Made by a program: the position numbers and the translations under genes | From: Phycisphaerae bacterium | GTDB taxonomy: Bacteria > Planctomycetota > Phycisphaerae > UBA1845 > Fen-1342 | Reading direction: 5' to 3' | NCBI GenBank assembly: GCA_963666925.2 | Contig: CAXXTC010000007.1 | Span: 256,001-320,000 of the forward strand | DNA length: 64,000 bases | The notes under the pieces: generated by a model | Seen by the model: the letters and a program-made list of their open reading frames with translations, nothing else | The model's database searches: none | What the model was told of the DNA's origin: nothing | Part shown: positions 1 to 10,509 of the stretch, in pieces | How positions within the stretch are numbered: position 1 is the first letter of the stretch | Layout of the letters: every line of letters starts with the position of its first letter

Positions 1-66
1 CGGGTTCCCGCGCGAATCCAGAATCTCACGAGCCTGAATTGCTTCAATCTGCGGAGCTTCGGTCAT
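1..66 (-). CDS. eno: Enolase, 5' end only (gene runs off the left edge)
   Basis: Minus strand from ATG at 66 reads MTEAPQIEAIQAREILDSRGNP, the enolase N-terminal signature. The ATG overlaps the stop of the upstream gene (ATGA). Confidence 0.93.
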   Translation of the reverse strand, partial: MTEAPQIEAIQAREILDSRGNP

Positions 67-521
67 GATCCATTCCTCTCTGAAGGGTTGGTTGTCGCGG
101 GTTGCGCAGGTGTCAACACCGGCTGCGGCGGGGGCGCTTCGTTCCGCGTGATATACGCGAAACTCACCACGAACCGCTCGGCCGGACGTTCCACTTCGTC
201 GTACCCGATCAGCTCAATCGTGTCACCGATCGCAATCGCGTCCACTTCGCTGCATGCGTCGTTCACATATATCTCGGCGTCGGCCGCCACCAGGCAGCTC
301 AATTTTTGTTCCGGCTCAATCGGCGGGGCATGATCGCGCTGCTCCACCCGCACCGAAACCTGCCCGGTATCCGCCTCGACACGCTCCACCCGCCCCTCGA
401 CGATCGAGTAGGGCGCCCCGCCCCGCGGCTCAGAACATCCACACAGCGCCGTTGCCAGCAGTGCCGCGAGCAGCATCGCGCTCCCCCGCACCTGTCGATG
501 TACCTGATCGGCGTTTTTCAT
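63..521 (-). CDS. Hypothetical lipoprotein
   Basis: Hydrophobic signal ending in lipobox-like ALCGC, a beta-rich body and a Pro-rich tail. Translationally coupled to eno. Confidence 0.7.
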   Translation of the reverse strand: MKNADQVHRQVRGSAMLLAALLATALCGCSEPRGGAPYSIVEGRVERVEADTGQVSVRVEQRDHAPPIEPEQKLSCLVAADAEIYVNDACSEVDAIAIGDTIELIGYDEVERPAERFVVSFAYITRNEAPPPQPVLTPAQPATTNPSERNGS

Positions 522-548
522 TATCGCCTGACTCGTTACTCCGTCGTA

Positions 549-702
549 TGGCAGGCGTCCTGTCGCCTATCCGTAGTTGCGAGGCGGGCGTCCCACCCGC
601 CTGCTTTTCGCTGCACCGGGCGTCCCGCTCGTCCACTCGTAATTGTGGGGCGGGCGTCTCGCCCGCCTGTTCGTGGCTATGGGGCGGACATCTTGCCTGC
701 CT
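549..702 (+). repeat. Tandem array of 5 degenerate REP-like palindromes (family A, GTGGGGCGGGCGTCTCGCCCGCC)
   Basis: Copies start near 549, 580, 613, 645 (exact) and 679, about 32-33 bp apart. The same unit recurs at 17504, 40915 and 40961. Confidence 0.75.
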
Positions 703-1029
703 GTCCGTTACTTCGCCAAGCGTACAGGGCCCAGCGCGTGCCGATTCTAATACCAGAATCGCACGATCGTAAGCCGCCCGAGGGCTGACCGCCGTAGTTT
801 TGTCCACATAACCCCCGCATCGGCCGGTCATTCCGGCTTCCCGGGCCGCCGACCCATCCCACGGCGCAGCTCGAAATGGGGGGCGATCACTCCGCGCCCT
901 CCCACCTCCAAAATTTATAGTTAGGGGGTTGTTAGGGCTGGCGGCTGGTGTTATATTGGCGACACTGGTGCGGGGGTGTTTGGGTCACAGGGATGCGGGC
1001 AACCGCGCAATTGATCAAGGAGCTTGCGA

Positions 1030-1653
1030 ATGATCTCGAAACGGACGAGCGTGATGGCGGCCTTGTTGGCCGGCGGACTGGTAGGCCTGTTGGCGCTGTC
1101 CCCCGGCGTATCGCAGGAGGGGACTCCGCCGGCCGGCGACACCCAATCCATGGCTGACACCATGGCCGCCTGGACCAAGGCGAACACTCTGGGACCACAG
1201 CACGAACAATTCAAGGAGATGATCGGCACGTGGAAGGTCGTTTCCAAGATCTGGATGATGCCCGGCATGCCACCAATGGTCTCCGAGGGCACCGTCGAAT
1301 TCGAGCTCATGCTCGGCGGCCGCTTCGTCAGGCAGGAGTTCAACTGCGCCATGATGGGTGGGAAGTACCACGGCATCGGCATCGAGGGCTACGACACAAT
1401 CAAGAAAAAGTACGTGTCGATCTGGATGGACGACATGTGCACCGGCATCGGCATGATGGAAGGCACCATCGACGCGACTGGCAAGGTCATCACCTACTTC
1501 GGCACGATGAACGATCCGCTGACCGGCGAGCTCGACAAGATGACCAAGGCCGTCTTGCGCGAGGTCAGCAAGGACGAGTGCATCTTCACGATGTACGAGT
1601 TTACTGAGGGCGTCGGCGAAGTGAAAAAGATGGAGATGACCTACACGCGCTAG
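1030..1653 (+). CDS. Secreted DUF1579-like protein
   Basis: Signal peptide; GPQHEQF..IGTW, GGRFV, GIEGYD..KKKYVSIWMDDM motifs; AAGGAG RBS before ATG 1030. Confidence 0.8.
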   Translation: MISKRTSVMAALLAGGLVGLLALSPGVSQEGTPPAGDTQSMADTMAAWTKANTLGPQHEQFKEMIGTWKVVSKIWMMPGMPPMVSEGTVEFELMLGGRFVRQEFNCAMMGGKYHGIGIEGYDTIKKKYVSIWMDDMCTGIGMMEGTIDATGKVITYFGTMNDPLTGELDKMTKAVLREVSKDECIFTMYEFTEGVGEVKKMEMTYTR

Positions 1654-1759
1654 CGCGGCCTCTTGGGCTGTTTGCATCTTACAAGAAGCAGGAGTGGGGC
1701 GGGTGTCCCATCCCGTTGCGTAGCACGGGGTGGGGCACTGACTGGCTTGGCCATGCAAG

Positions 1760-1808
1760 ACGCCGACGTCCCGCTGTTCTCGGCAGTGGGACGTCGGCGT
1801 TCAGTTTC
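1760..1808. terminator. Probable bidirectional intrinsic terminator
   Basis: Stem ACGCCGACGTCCCGCTG / CAGTGGGACGTCGGCGT between convergent genes, followed by TCAGTTTC. Confidence 0.6.
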
Positions 1809-1834
1809 AGTAACTTACAGCCAGTCAGATTACT

Positions 1835-4800
1835 CTACGTTTTCGCCGGCTGAGCCTTGGGTTTGCCACCCGCCGGCGCCGCCACGTCTTCCGCCGGCAT
1901 GCTTGCCACCGCCGTCGCCTGCCCACGCAGACGATAGCTCAGGTAACGACCCAGCACCCGCACCGCGTCGTCGGCCGAGCGGAACACCGGCACGCCCGCC
2001 GCACGCAGCGATCGCACCAGCGGATCGTACAACGGCCCGGAATCAATACTCGCAATCACCGGCTTATCAGCCGCCGCAAACAGCTTCGGCAGCCGCTCAG
2101 CCAGCGAACCCGGCTGGCCAATCTCGTCCGGCGTAGTAAGCATCGCCGGCGTCAGCGGAATCAACGCCACAACCACCGCATCAACTTCCGGGCTATCCAG
2201 CAGCACCTGCACACACTCGGTGTAGGCTTCGTCGCTGCCCATCGGCGTCAGGTCGAGCGGATTGCGCGCGTTCACGAGCTGCGACAGTTTGTGTTTGGTC
2301 AGCGCCTCGCCCACCTTCTGCTTCGAAGCCTCCGACAGCTTCGCCATCGATAGCGTGTAGTCTCGCCCGAGGGTCGCGTCGGCCATGCCAACCGTCTCGA
2401 AGCCGGCGTTGCTGGTCGCACCCAGACGCATCCCGCGCACCGGCTTGGCGTGCAGCGATGTCGCCAGGTCGACCATCTGCTCAAATTCCTTAAACGACTC
2501 GACCACCAGTGCGCCGGCGTTCGCCGCCGCCGCCAGGCAAACGTCATAATCGCCCGCGACCGAAGCCGTATGTCCCGCCGCCGCCGACCGTCCCGAAGGC
2601 GTGCGGCCGGCCTTGTAGAACACAACGGTCTTGCCCGTCTCGGTGATCTGTCGCACCGCCCGCACCAAATCGAGCCCGTCCAGATCGCTGAAGCCTTCCG
2701 CATAAACACCGACGACGTCGATGTCGTCGCGCTCTCCGACCGCTCGCACCAAATCGGCGATGGTCAGGTCGATCTGGTTGCCCAGCGAGATCGCCAGGGC
2801 CGGATCGAGCACTTCCAGGTTGCTCAGTCGGCTGATGATGAATGCGCCGCTCTGCGAAACCAGCGCAACGCGCCGCGGCGGCGCCGACCAGCGATTATCC
2901 AGCTTCGACTGCGGGATGAAGAAGTTGTCATAGCGGCCGGGCCGCGACTGAATCCCCATGCAGTTCGGCCCCAGGAACACCGGCCCGCCATCGGGCATCT
3001 GCCGCCCCGCGGCGATTGCCGCCCGAATGTCCTTCTCGATTTCCTCGCTCCCCTCTTTCTCGCCCATGCCACCGGGGATCATGATCGCCGCCCCAACCTT
3101 ACCGCTGGAGATCACGTCGCGCGTGATATCGGGCATCGCCGGCGCCGGTGCGGCAATGACGAGCATGTCCACCAACTCGGGCAGGTCCGCGACGGTCGGC
3201 ACGCACTTGATTCCGTCGATTTCCTTTTCCTTGTCCTTGATGACGTACATGTGCTTCGTATCAAAGCCGCAATTCTTGATGTTGTTCAGGATGATCCGGC
3301 CAAAGTTCATCGAACTGCTGGACACGCCGAGAACGGCGCAGGCCCGCGGCTCGAGCAATCTGCGAATCTTGTCCAGCGGCCGTGCCGGCAGGGCCTTGGT
3401 GGCCGGCCCGAGCCGACCGCGTCCATCGAGCGGAACCATGCGCTCCTGGCGAAACGCGAACGGGTTGACCTCCAGTTCGGCAATGTCGGGCCCGCCCACG
3501 CCGCGATCGGTGCAGAAGTGCTGCGCGATCGAGATAAACGCCCGGAAACAACGCAGCAGCTCGCCGTCCGAGACGATGCGATGGTGCCCGCGGGCCTGGC
3601 CCGAGAGCAGCTCATAGGCGGCCGTCTGCCGAAACAGCTCGAAAAACTCCTCTGCGGTCGTGTCGGCCGCACAGGCCTTCGCGACGGCCAGGCCGGGCTT
3701 CATCTTGCTGGCGAGGTATTCGGTGTCGACGCCACCCAGGCCGGCAGCGATGACCGGGCCGAACTCACGCGTCGCCCGCACCCCAACGAACAGCTCGTGC
3801 CCAAAGCCAGAGCTGCGCCGCTCGACGAACTCGACCACCAGAATGCCCTCGACGCGGGCGTTTTCGCTGTGGTGGCTGACCATGCGTTCGAGTTCGCGTT
3901 TCACGGTGTCGTAATCGTTCGGGACGAAAACGACCCCTTGCGCTTCGGTCTTGTGAATGATGTCCTGCGAGACGACCTTCAGCACGATGCGCTCAGAGGT
4001 GAACGCCTCCAGCGCCTCGCGTGAGATCAGGTTCCCCTTGGGCACGAAGACGTAGCGCGGCGGAGAGATAGCCCCGACCAACTCGACCAGCATGTAAACT
4101 TCGTGCTCGTACAGCGGCCGCCGGCCTTCCTCGTACGCCCGCAGCAGTGTTCGCTCAAACGCCGTCGCCTCGGCCCCGGTGAGCTGGCCGTCCGCCTGGG
4201 TGATGTCATCGAAGCTTGGCGGGGTGGGTGGCTCATCCCCGGACAGCTCCTCGACCGACAGCCCGTCGATCCAGCTTCGCACCGCCCGCGACGACGCGCC
4301 GCGCCCCAGGCCCTCGCGATACGCCGCCGCCGCGTTCCGGCCCAGCCGAAACGCCTGTCGATTGACATTGACAATCTTGTCGCCTTTGCTGGCGAACATC
4401 TGGGCGACGGCTTCTTCGAGTTCGTCGGCCTCTATATCGAGGAACAGCGACCCCGCCCCGAGCGTGACGATGTTGGCCGCCCGAACGGAGCCGGCCGCCT
4501 TGGCCAACCCGTCGGCGTCGATCAGCACATGGCGCGGGAAATCGGCCACCCGGTCGAGCAACTGCTCGATCGTCGGATAGTTCTCGATGTTCACGAACGC
4601 GTTGGTGCTTACGACCAGCACGCCGTCATTGCTGAGATACTGCACGTAGCGCAGCGCCTCCAGCGGCTCAACGGCGAAGATCAGGTCGGCCCGACCGAAT
4701 GGGATCAGGTCACTGTACAGCTCGTGGTCGGCTATGCGCAGGTGAGACTGCACCGCGCCGCCACGCTGCGACATCCCGTGCACCTCCGCCTGCCGCAGGT

Positions 4801-4894
4801 TCAGGTTGCGGCGCAGCGCGGCGATCGAAATGGCCTTGGCGATCGTGAGAATGCCCTGTCCACCAACACCGGCTAGAATCAGATTCTGTTCCAC
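1835..4894 (-). CDS. Fusion of indolepyruvate oxidoreductase beta subunit (IorB) with ADP-forming acyl-CoA synthetase (ATP-grasp, CoA-binding and ligase domains)
   Basis: N-terminal ILAGVGGQG, EVHGMSQRGGAVQSH, EPLEALR (IorB); then LKVVS..IIHKTE, EFGPVI, ELEVNP (ATP-grasp); then GPNCMG, SQSGA, SLGNQID, KAGRT..AAAGHTAS, NPLDL. GTG start at 4894 with GAGGAAG RBS. Confidence 0.88.
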   Translation of the reverse strand: MEQNLILAGVGGQGILTIAKAISIAALRRNLNLRQAEVHGMSQRGGAVQSHLRIADHELYSDLIPFGRADLIFAVEPLEALRYVQYLSNDGVLVVSTNAFVNIENYPTIEQLLDRVADFPRHVLIDADGLAKAAGSVRAANIVTLGAGSLFLDIEADELEEAVAQMFASKGDKIVNVNRQAFRLGRNAAAAYREGLGRGASSRAVRSWIDGLSVEELSGDEPPTPPSFDDITQADGQLTGAEATAFERTLLRAYEEGRRPLYEHEVYMLVELVGAISPPRYVFVPKGNLISREALEAFTSERIVLKVVSQDIIHKTEAQGVVFVPNDYDTVKRELERMVSHHSENARVEGILVVEFVERRSSGFGHELFVGVRATREFGPVIAAGLGGVDTEYLASKMKPGLAVAKACAADTTAEEFFELFRQTAAYELLSGQARGHHRIVSDGELLRCFRAFISIAQHFCTDRGVGGPDIAELEVNPFAFRQERMVPLDGRGRLGPATKALPARPLDKIRRLLEPRACAVLGVSSSSMNFGRIILNNIKNCGFDTKHMYVIKDKEKEIDGIKCVPTVADLPELVDMLVIAAPAPAMPDITRDVISSGKVGAAIMIPGGMGEKEGSEEIEKDIRAAIAAGRQMPDGGPVFLGPNCMGIQSRPGRYDNFFIPQSKLDNRWSAPPRRVALVSQSGAFIISRLSNLEVLDPALAISLGNQIDLTIADLVRAVGERDDIDVVGVYAEGFSDLDGLDLVRAVRQITETGKTVVFYKAGRTPSGRSAAAGHTASVAGDYDVCLAAAANAGALVVESFKEFEQMVDLATSLHAKPVRGMRLGATSNAGFETVGMADATLGRDYTLSMAKLSEASKQKVGEALTKHKLSQLVNARNPLDLTPMGSDEAYTECVQVLLDSPEVDAVVVALIPLTPAMLTTPDEIGQPGSLAERLPKLFAAADKPVIASIDSGPLYDPLVRSLRAAGVPVFRSADDAVRVLGRYLSYRLRGQATAVASMPAEDVAAPAGGKPKAQPAKT

Positions 4895-5059
4895 GTTGCG
4901 CTTCCTCTTCCAGTCAAAGCCATCGTAAGAACCTGCCCCGCACACGCATCAGCCACCGGCCGAATACGTGCAGCGCAGATCAATGTACATTCTCACGTGT
5001 CGTGCTCCCAACTGGTCGCCCCGGGCACCCATTCCTGGCCGCCTCAGGCCGACGCGAAC

Positions 5060-6697
5060 CTACTCTCCGCAGGCGCCGCAAGCGGCCTTGTTCTTCGCCG
5101 CTTGCGGGGCGGGCTGCGCCTTGCGCCGATTGTGGATGCACTCACGCCGCGCAACTATCACCGATAGCCCGCGGTGGTTCAGCTCCTTGCGGATCAGATC
5201 GACATTCTGTTTGTGATCCTTCGGCAGTGGATCAATCACATGCAGGTGTGCCTCGTTGACGCCCAGCCCCTTCAGCAGTTTGATCAGGTCTTCGCCGGCT
5301 GCCATCGTCTCCTGTCCACCCGTCATCGCCACCGTCGCGTTGTCCAGAACGAATACCGTCATGTTGGCGTCGGCACGGACGGCACCAATCAGCGGTGTCA
5401 TGCCCGAGTGGGCAAACGTCGAATCGCCAATAGTGCACAGCACCGGATGCGCACCCGCCTGAGACGCACCGTGTGCCATCGCGATCGACGCACCCATATC
5501 AACGCACGAGTGAACCGCGCGGTAGGGCGGCAGCACGCCCAGCGTGTAACAGCCAATATCGCTGAACAGAGCCGCGCCCGCCTCGTTCGCAGTCGCGTCG
5601 ATCATCGCCTTGAACGTGTCCGCATGCGGACAACCCCGGCACAACGCCGGCGGACGGCTATTCAGATCACCCAACTCCGCTGGATGCTCCGGCACCGGCT
5701 GCCCCAGAGCTGTCGCTACCAGGTCCGGCGACAATTCCCCATCGGGCGGAAGATGCCCGGTCAGCTTGCCGTGAATCGCCTTGCCCGGCAGACCCAGCAC
5801 ACCGTTGAGCCGCTTCTCAATGTACGGGTACCCCTCTTCAATAACGATAATCTCTTCGCAATGATCAACCAGTTCTCGAATACGCTCCACCGGGAATGGA
5901 TAAACGCCGATGCGCAGAACCGAGAAGTCGCTTCGACCACCGATCAGTTCCTGCACGTAATTGTGCGCCAGGCCGGCCGTGATGATGCCGCGTTTGCCGG
6001 CCAGCGTCAGCGTCGTGTAGGACGACTTGTCCGACCATTCACGCAGCGTCGGCTGCATCTCAATCAACTGTCGGAAACGCCGCCGGGCGTTTGACGGGAC
6101 CAGCGTCCAGTTGTTCGGATCCGGAGCGCCCGTGTCGCGCGGCTTGGAATCAGCCTGGTCTGGCGGATCCACACACACATTCGCTCGGCTATGCGCCAAA
6201 CGCGTTACCACCCGCAGCATCACCGGCAGGTTGAACTGCTCCGAGACGTCGAACGCCTCACGCGTCATCTCATATGCCTGCTGCTGATTCGCCGGCTCAA
6301 AAACCGGAATCTGGGCGAACTCGGCGTAATACCGGCTGTCCTGCTCGTTCTGCGACGAGTGCATCCCCGGATCGTCCGCTACCGCCAGTACGATCCCGCC
6401 GTTAACCCCTGTCAGGGCCGAGTTTATGAACGGATCGGCCGCGACGTTCAGACCCACGTGCTTCATCGACACGATCGCTCGTCGACCAGCGTACGAATGC
6501 CCCAGCGCTTCCTCGTACGCGACCTTTTCGTTGGCCGACCAGCGCGCCTTCGGCGACCCGTGCTTCCGCGACCACGCCTGGATGAACTCAAAAATCTCGG
6601 TCGCAGGCGTGCCAGGGTAGGCAAATGCTCCCCCGATGCCGGCATGGATCGCACCCAATGCGACCGCTTCGTCTCCCAGCAACAATTCAGTCTTCAT
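5060..6697 (-). CDS. iorA: Indolepyruvate ferredoxin oxidoreductase alpha subunit (short form, no C-terminal ferredoxin domain)
   Basis: LLGDEAVA, YPGTPATE, NEKVAYE, MKHVGLNVAAD, SSQNEQDSR, RPPALCRGCPH, SDIGCY, GDSTFAHSG, LDNATVAMTGGQ. Confidence 0.93.
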   Translation of the reverse strand: MKTELLLGDEAVALGAIHAGIGGAFAYPGTPATEIFEFIQAWSRKHGSPKARWSANEKVAYEEALGHSYAGRRAIVSMKHVGLNVAADPFINSALTGVNGGIVLAVADDPGMHSSQNEQDSRYYAEFAQIPVFEPANQQQAYEMTREAFDVSEQFNLPVMLRVVTRLAHSRANVCVDPPDQADSKPRDTGAPDPNNWTLVPSNARRRFRQLIEMQPTLREWSDKSSYTTLTLAGKRGIITAGLAHNYVQELIGGRSDFSVLRIGVYPFPVERIRELVDHCEEIIVIEEGYPYIEKRLNGVLGLPGKAIHGKLTGHLPPDGELSPDLVATALGQPVPEHPAELGDLNSRPPALCRGCPHADTFKAMIDATANEAGAALFSDIGCYTLGVLPPYRAVHSCVDMGASIAMAHGASQAGAHPVLCTIGDSTFAHSGMTPLIGAVRADANMTVFVLDNATVAMTGGQETMAAGEDLIKLLKGLGVNEAHLHVIDPLPKDHKQNVDLIRKELNHRGLSVIVARRECIHNRRKAQPAPQAAKNKAACGACGE

Positions 6698-6882
6698 GGT
6701 GCTGTTCTCTCTGTTGTTGGCGGACCAGCTCGCTCGACGGGATCACGCTGCACCCCGGAAGGGCGCCGACGGCGACCCGCGCCCGGCTAGCATAATGCAT
6801 TTCACCCCCGCAGAAAACCGCTTCCACAACGCTCGTTTTACGAACAATCACGACGTGATTGCGAACGGATCGTCTCAATACA

Positions 6883-7552
6883 TTACTTTTCTGGCCAGCC
6901 CGCCGCGCCGATTAGCTTAACAAACCGGCATTTAAGGACTTCCCGCTCCTCGAAGCGCTCTTCCGCCCCGCGCCGCACCAGCACCAGCGTCTGGTCGCTC
7001 GGCGGCCCCACCGGCGCCACCAGCCGACCACCCGGTGCCAATTGCTCACGCAGCGCCGGCGGAACCTGCGGAGCACCCGCCGTCACCATAATCGCATCAA
7101 ACGGCGCCTCTTCCGGCCAGCCCAGCGTGCCGTCGCCCACGCGGTAGGTTAGATTCGTCAGCCCCAGTCGGCCGATTCGCTTCTCTGCCTCAGGCAGCAG
7201 GCTCGCCTGCCGTTCGATCGTGAACACCGTTGCCGTCAGCAACGCCAGAATCGCCGCCTGATAGCCCGAGCCCGTGCCGATCTCCAGCACACGCTCCGTC
7301 CCCTTCAGCTCCAGCAGTTCCGTCATCCGCCCGACCATGTACGGCTGCGAAATCGTCTGCCCACATTCAATCGGCAGCGCCCCGTCGGCATACGCGTAGC
7401 CCGTCTGCCCGGCAGACACGAAATACTCCCGCGGTACACGCCGCATCGCCGCCCAGCACCCGCTCGTCGTGAATGCCACGCTGGAAGAGCTGCTTATCCA
7501 CCATGCGGACCCGCTCATTCAGCCGCGTGTCATGATCATCAAGCGGTTCCAT
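6883..7552 (-). pseudogene. pcm: Protein-L-isoaspartate O-methyltransferase with a +1 frameshift near 7453 (pseudogene or assembly indel)
   Basis: MEPL..RMVDKQLFQRGIHDERVL in one frame continues as AAMRRVPRE..GQTISQPYMV..LEIGTGSGYQAA..GDGTLGWPEEAPFD in another. Removing one G from GTGCTGGGCGGCG joins them. Confidence 0.85.
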
Positions 7553-7608
7553 GTGTGCCTGCCAATCAGAAGCTCCGTGGTCTGGCCGATTGACGGCCCG
7601 CATTCCGC

Positions 7609-8268
7609 TCACCCGCCAAGCAGCTCGCCGATCATCTCCGGCGAAATCTCGCCCAGCTCATCCACCACACGTTGTGCGCCCGCGTCGATCAGCTTCGCCC
7701 GGGTGGTTGTGCTCGTCAGCCCGATAACCTGCATCCCCGCCGCAACCCCGGCCCGCACGCCCACCGGTGCATCTTCAACCACCACGCAATCCTCAGCTCG
7801 CAAACCCGCACGCCGAGCCGCCAGAAGAAAACAATCCGGCGCCGGCTTGCCACGCTCCACATCCCGGCCATTCACCGTTACCGCGAAGTACTGCCGCAGA
7901 TCACCTTCCGCCAGCACCTGCTCAAGATTCTCCGGCGGACCCGATGTCCCCACCGCAAGCACGCAACCAGCCTGTTGCAGAGTGCCTAACAACTCGCAAC
8001 ACCCCGGCATCAACGGCAACCGACCGCGGATCAGCTCGCGATACACGGCCTCCTTCTCCGCGTCATATTCCTCGACCTGCGCGTCCGTGACGTCGGCCCC
8101 CCAGATCGTCCGAATGATCTCGCTGCTGCGCTGCCCGAACGACCGCTTGAATCGTTCCTCCGAGATCTCGATCCCGTGTTGCCGCGCCAACTGCCGCCAG
8201 CTCTCATGATGCGGCTTGGCCGAATCCACGAGCACACCATCCATATCAAATACAACGCCTTGCGGCAT
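7609..8268 (-). CDS. HAD-superfamily phosphatase (beta-PGM/CbbY-like)
   Basis: FDMDGVLVDS, GKPAPDCF and VVEDAPVG motifs. Confidence 0.9.
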   Translation of the reverse strand: MPQGVVFDMDGVLVDSAKPHHESWRQLARQHGIEISEERFKRSFGQRSSEIIRTIWGADVTDAQVEEYDAEKEAVYRELIRGRLPLMPGCCELLGTLQQAGCVLAVGTSGPPENLEQVLAEGDLRQYFAVTVNGRDVERGKPAPDCFLLAARRAGLRAEDCVVVEDAPVGVRAGVAAGMQVIGLTSTTTRAKLIDAGAQRVVDELGEISPEMIGELLGG

Positions 8269-8313
8269 GCCGATCTCCAGGGTTACTGCTTCGAAAGAGG
8301 CGTCCAGGGCCCT

Positions 8314-8368
8314 TGTGGCACCGGTTTTTAACCGGTGGGTCATGCCGGTCACGAACCCCAGTGCCACA
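8314..8368. repeat. REP-like element, family B (TGTGGCACCGG..CCGGTG) with inverted partner
   Basis: TGTGGCACCGGTTTTTAACCGGTG at 8314-8337 and GTGCCACA at 8361-8368. A near reverse-complement copy lies at 46911-46934. Confidence 0.6.
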
Positions 8369-8430
8369 ATTCCCGGATAAGTTCCACTTTGATCCGGAAT
8401 GGTGTACGGAGTACATGTGGCCTGCTTCGG

Positions 8431-9118
<688 letters not shown>

Positions 9119-9126
<8 letters not shown>

Positions 9127-10255
9127 ACCGCAGCGCCTCCGCCGGCGAGATCCGCGCCGCCCGCGCCGCCGGCACCAGCGCCCCCAGCAAACTCAGCACT
9201 TCCGCTACCACCAGTGCCAACAAGAATGGCTGCCAGCCGAACTGCGGCTCAAGGTACTGCTCCGCCGTCCGTATCCGCGTCGCCAGTTGTGCCAGCCCGA
9301 TCCCCATAACGCATCCCAGCCCGCACGCCAGCAACCCGACACCGCCCGCCTCGATCAGAATCAGCGTCACAATCCGTCGCCGGCCCCACCCGACGGCCCG
9401 CAACACGCCAATCTCCCGCGCCCGCTCGAGCACCGACATCCACATCGTGTTCGCGACGACGATGCCTCCCACGATCAGTGCGATAAACGAGATCGCGTAC
9501 ACCCCGCCGTTCATGACTTCCAGCCCGCGGTCGACCTTGTTATACGTCTCCGCCCCACTCACCGCGACCACGCCGGGCACGTCGCGCTCAATCCGCTCGG
9601 CTGCCGCCTCCGCATCCACCCCCGGCTCCAGGTACACCTGCACGGTTGTCACGCGCCCCGCGTTGCCGGTCAGCTCCTGCAAGTGCGGCAGGCTGACCAG
9701 CACGGCCCCGTTCAGAAACACCACGTCCGTCCTGAAGATCCCCACGATCTCGTGCGTTATACCGCGAATATCGAGCGTGTCGCCCACGTCTTTCTCAAAC
9801 ACCTTCCGCGCGATCGTGCCAAGCATGACCTCACGGTCGTTTTCAGGTTGGCGCCCGCGGACGAGTTCCTCCCCCACCCGCGGCAGATCCGCGAGCTGCA
9901 TTCCGAACAGTATGACAAACGGCTCCGCCTCCACCGGCAGAACGCACCACAGCACGCCGATGGTCTCCGCGACGCCCGGCACCTCGCGCAGCACGGCGCA
10001 GGTCTGCTCCTCGTCGAGCACGCTGAAGATATCCGCCGCTACGCCGGCCTGAAACACCATCAGGTCCCCGTTGTTGATGCGTACCAGCCCATCGATCGCC
10101 CGCCACATCCCCTGTGCCAGCGTGCTGAACGCGACGATCGCCGACACGCCGATGGCCACGCCCAGCGCCGTCAGTCCGGTACGCATCCGCCGGCGCAGCA
10201 GGTTGCGCGCCGCCATGCGCAGCGTCGTCAAAGGTGCCGATCGGCCCGTGAACAT
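9119..10255 (-). CDS. ABC transporter permease (MacB/FtsX family)
   Basis: RNLLRRRMRTGLTALGVAIG and NTMWMSVLERAREIGVLRAVG motifs; PAARAARISPAEALRYE end; overlaps the ATPase gene. Confidence 0.92.
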
Positions 10256-10291
10256 GGCCGTATCTTAGCCCCCCGCGCCCCAAACAGAACA

Positions 10292-10400
10292 GTGTGGCAT
10301 GGACTAATGGCTTTGGCCCCCAACACAGCAGTGGGGCACGGGTAAATAGCCCGTGTACCGGCCATTGGCCGGTGCCACACAGATTGGCCAGTGCCACACT
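10292..10400. repeat. Cluster of degenerate family B REP-like units
   Basis: GTGTGGCA at 10292, GTGGGGCAC at 10331, ACCGGCCATTGGCCGGTGCCACAC and TTGGCCAGTGCCACAC. Confidence 0.5.
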
Positions 10401-10509
10401 GAGCTTTTCGCAGGCGTTCTTAAGTTTCCCCCCGCAATGCGATATGCTAAGCCCGCTCTGCCGCTGGCGGTCCGACGACCGGCGACCAGTACCGTGGAGG
10501 AGTGCCAAC

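Noticed and set aside
549..702. CRISPR array
   Set aside because: Repeats are degenerate, spacers are only about 10 bp, no cas genes are present, and the same unit is dispersed elsewhere as a REP-like element.
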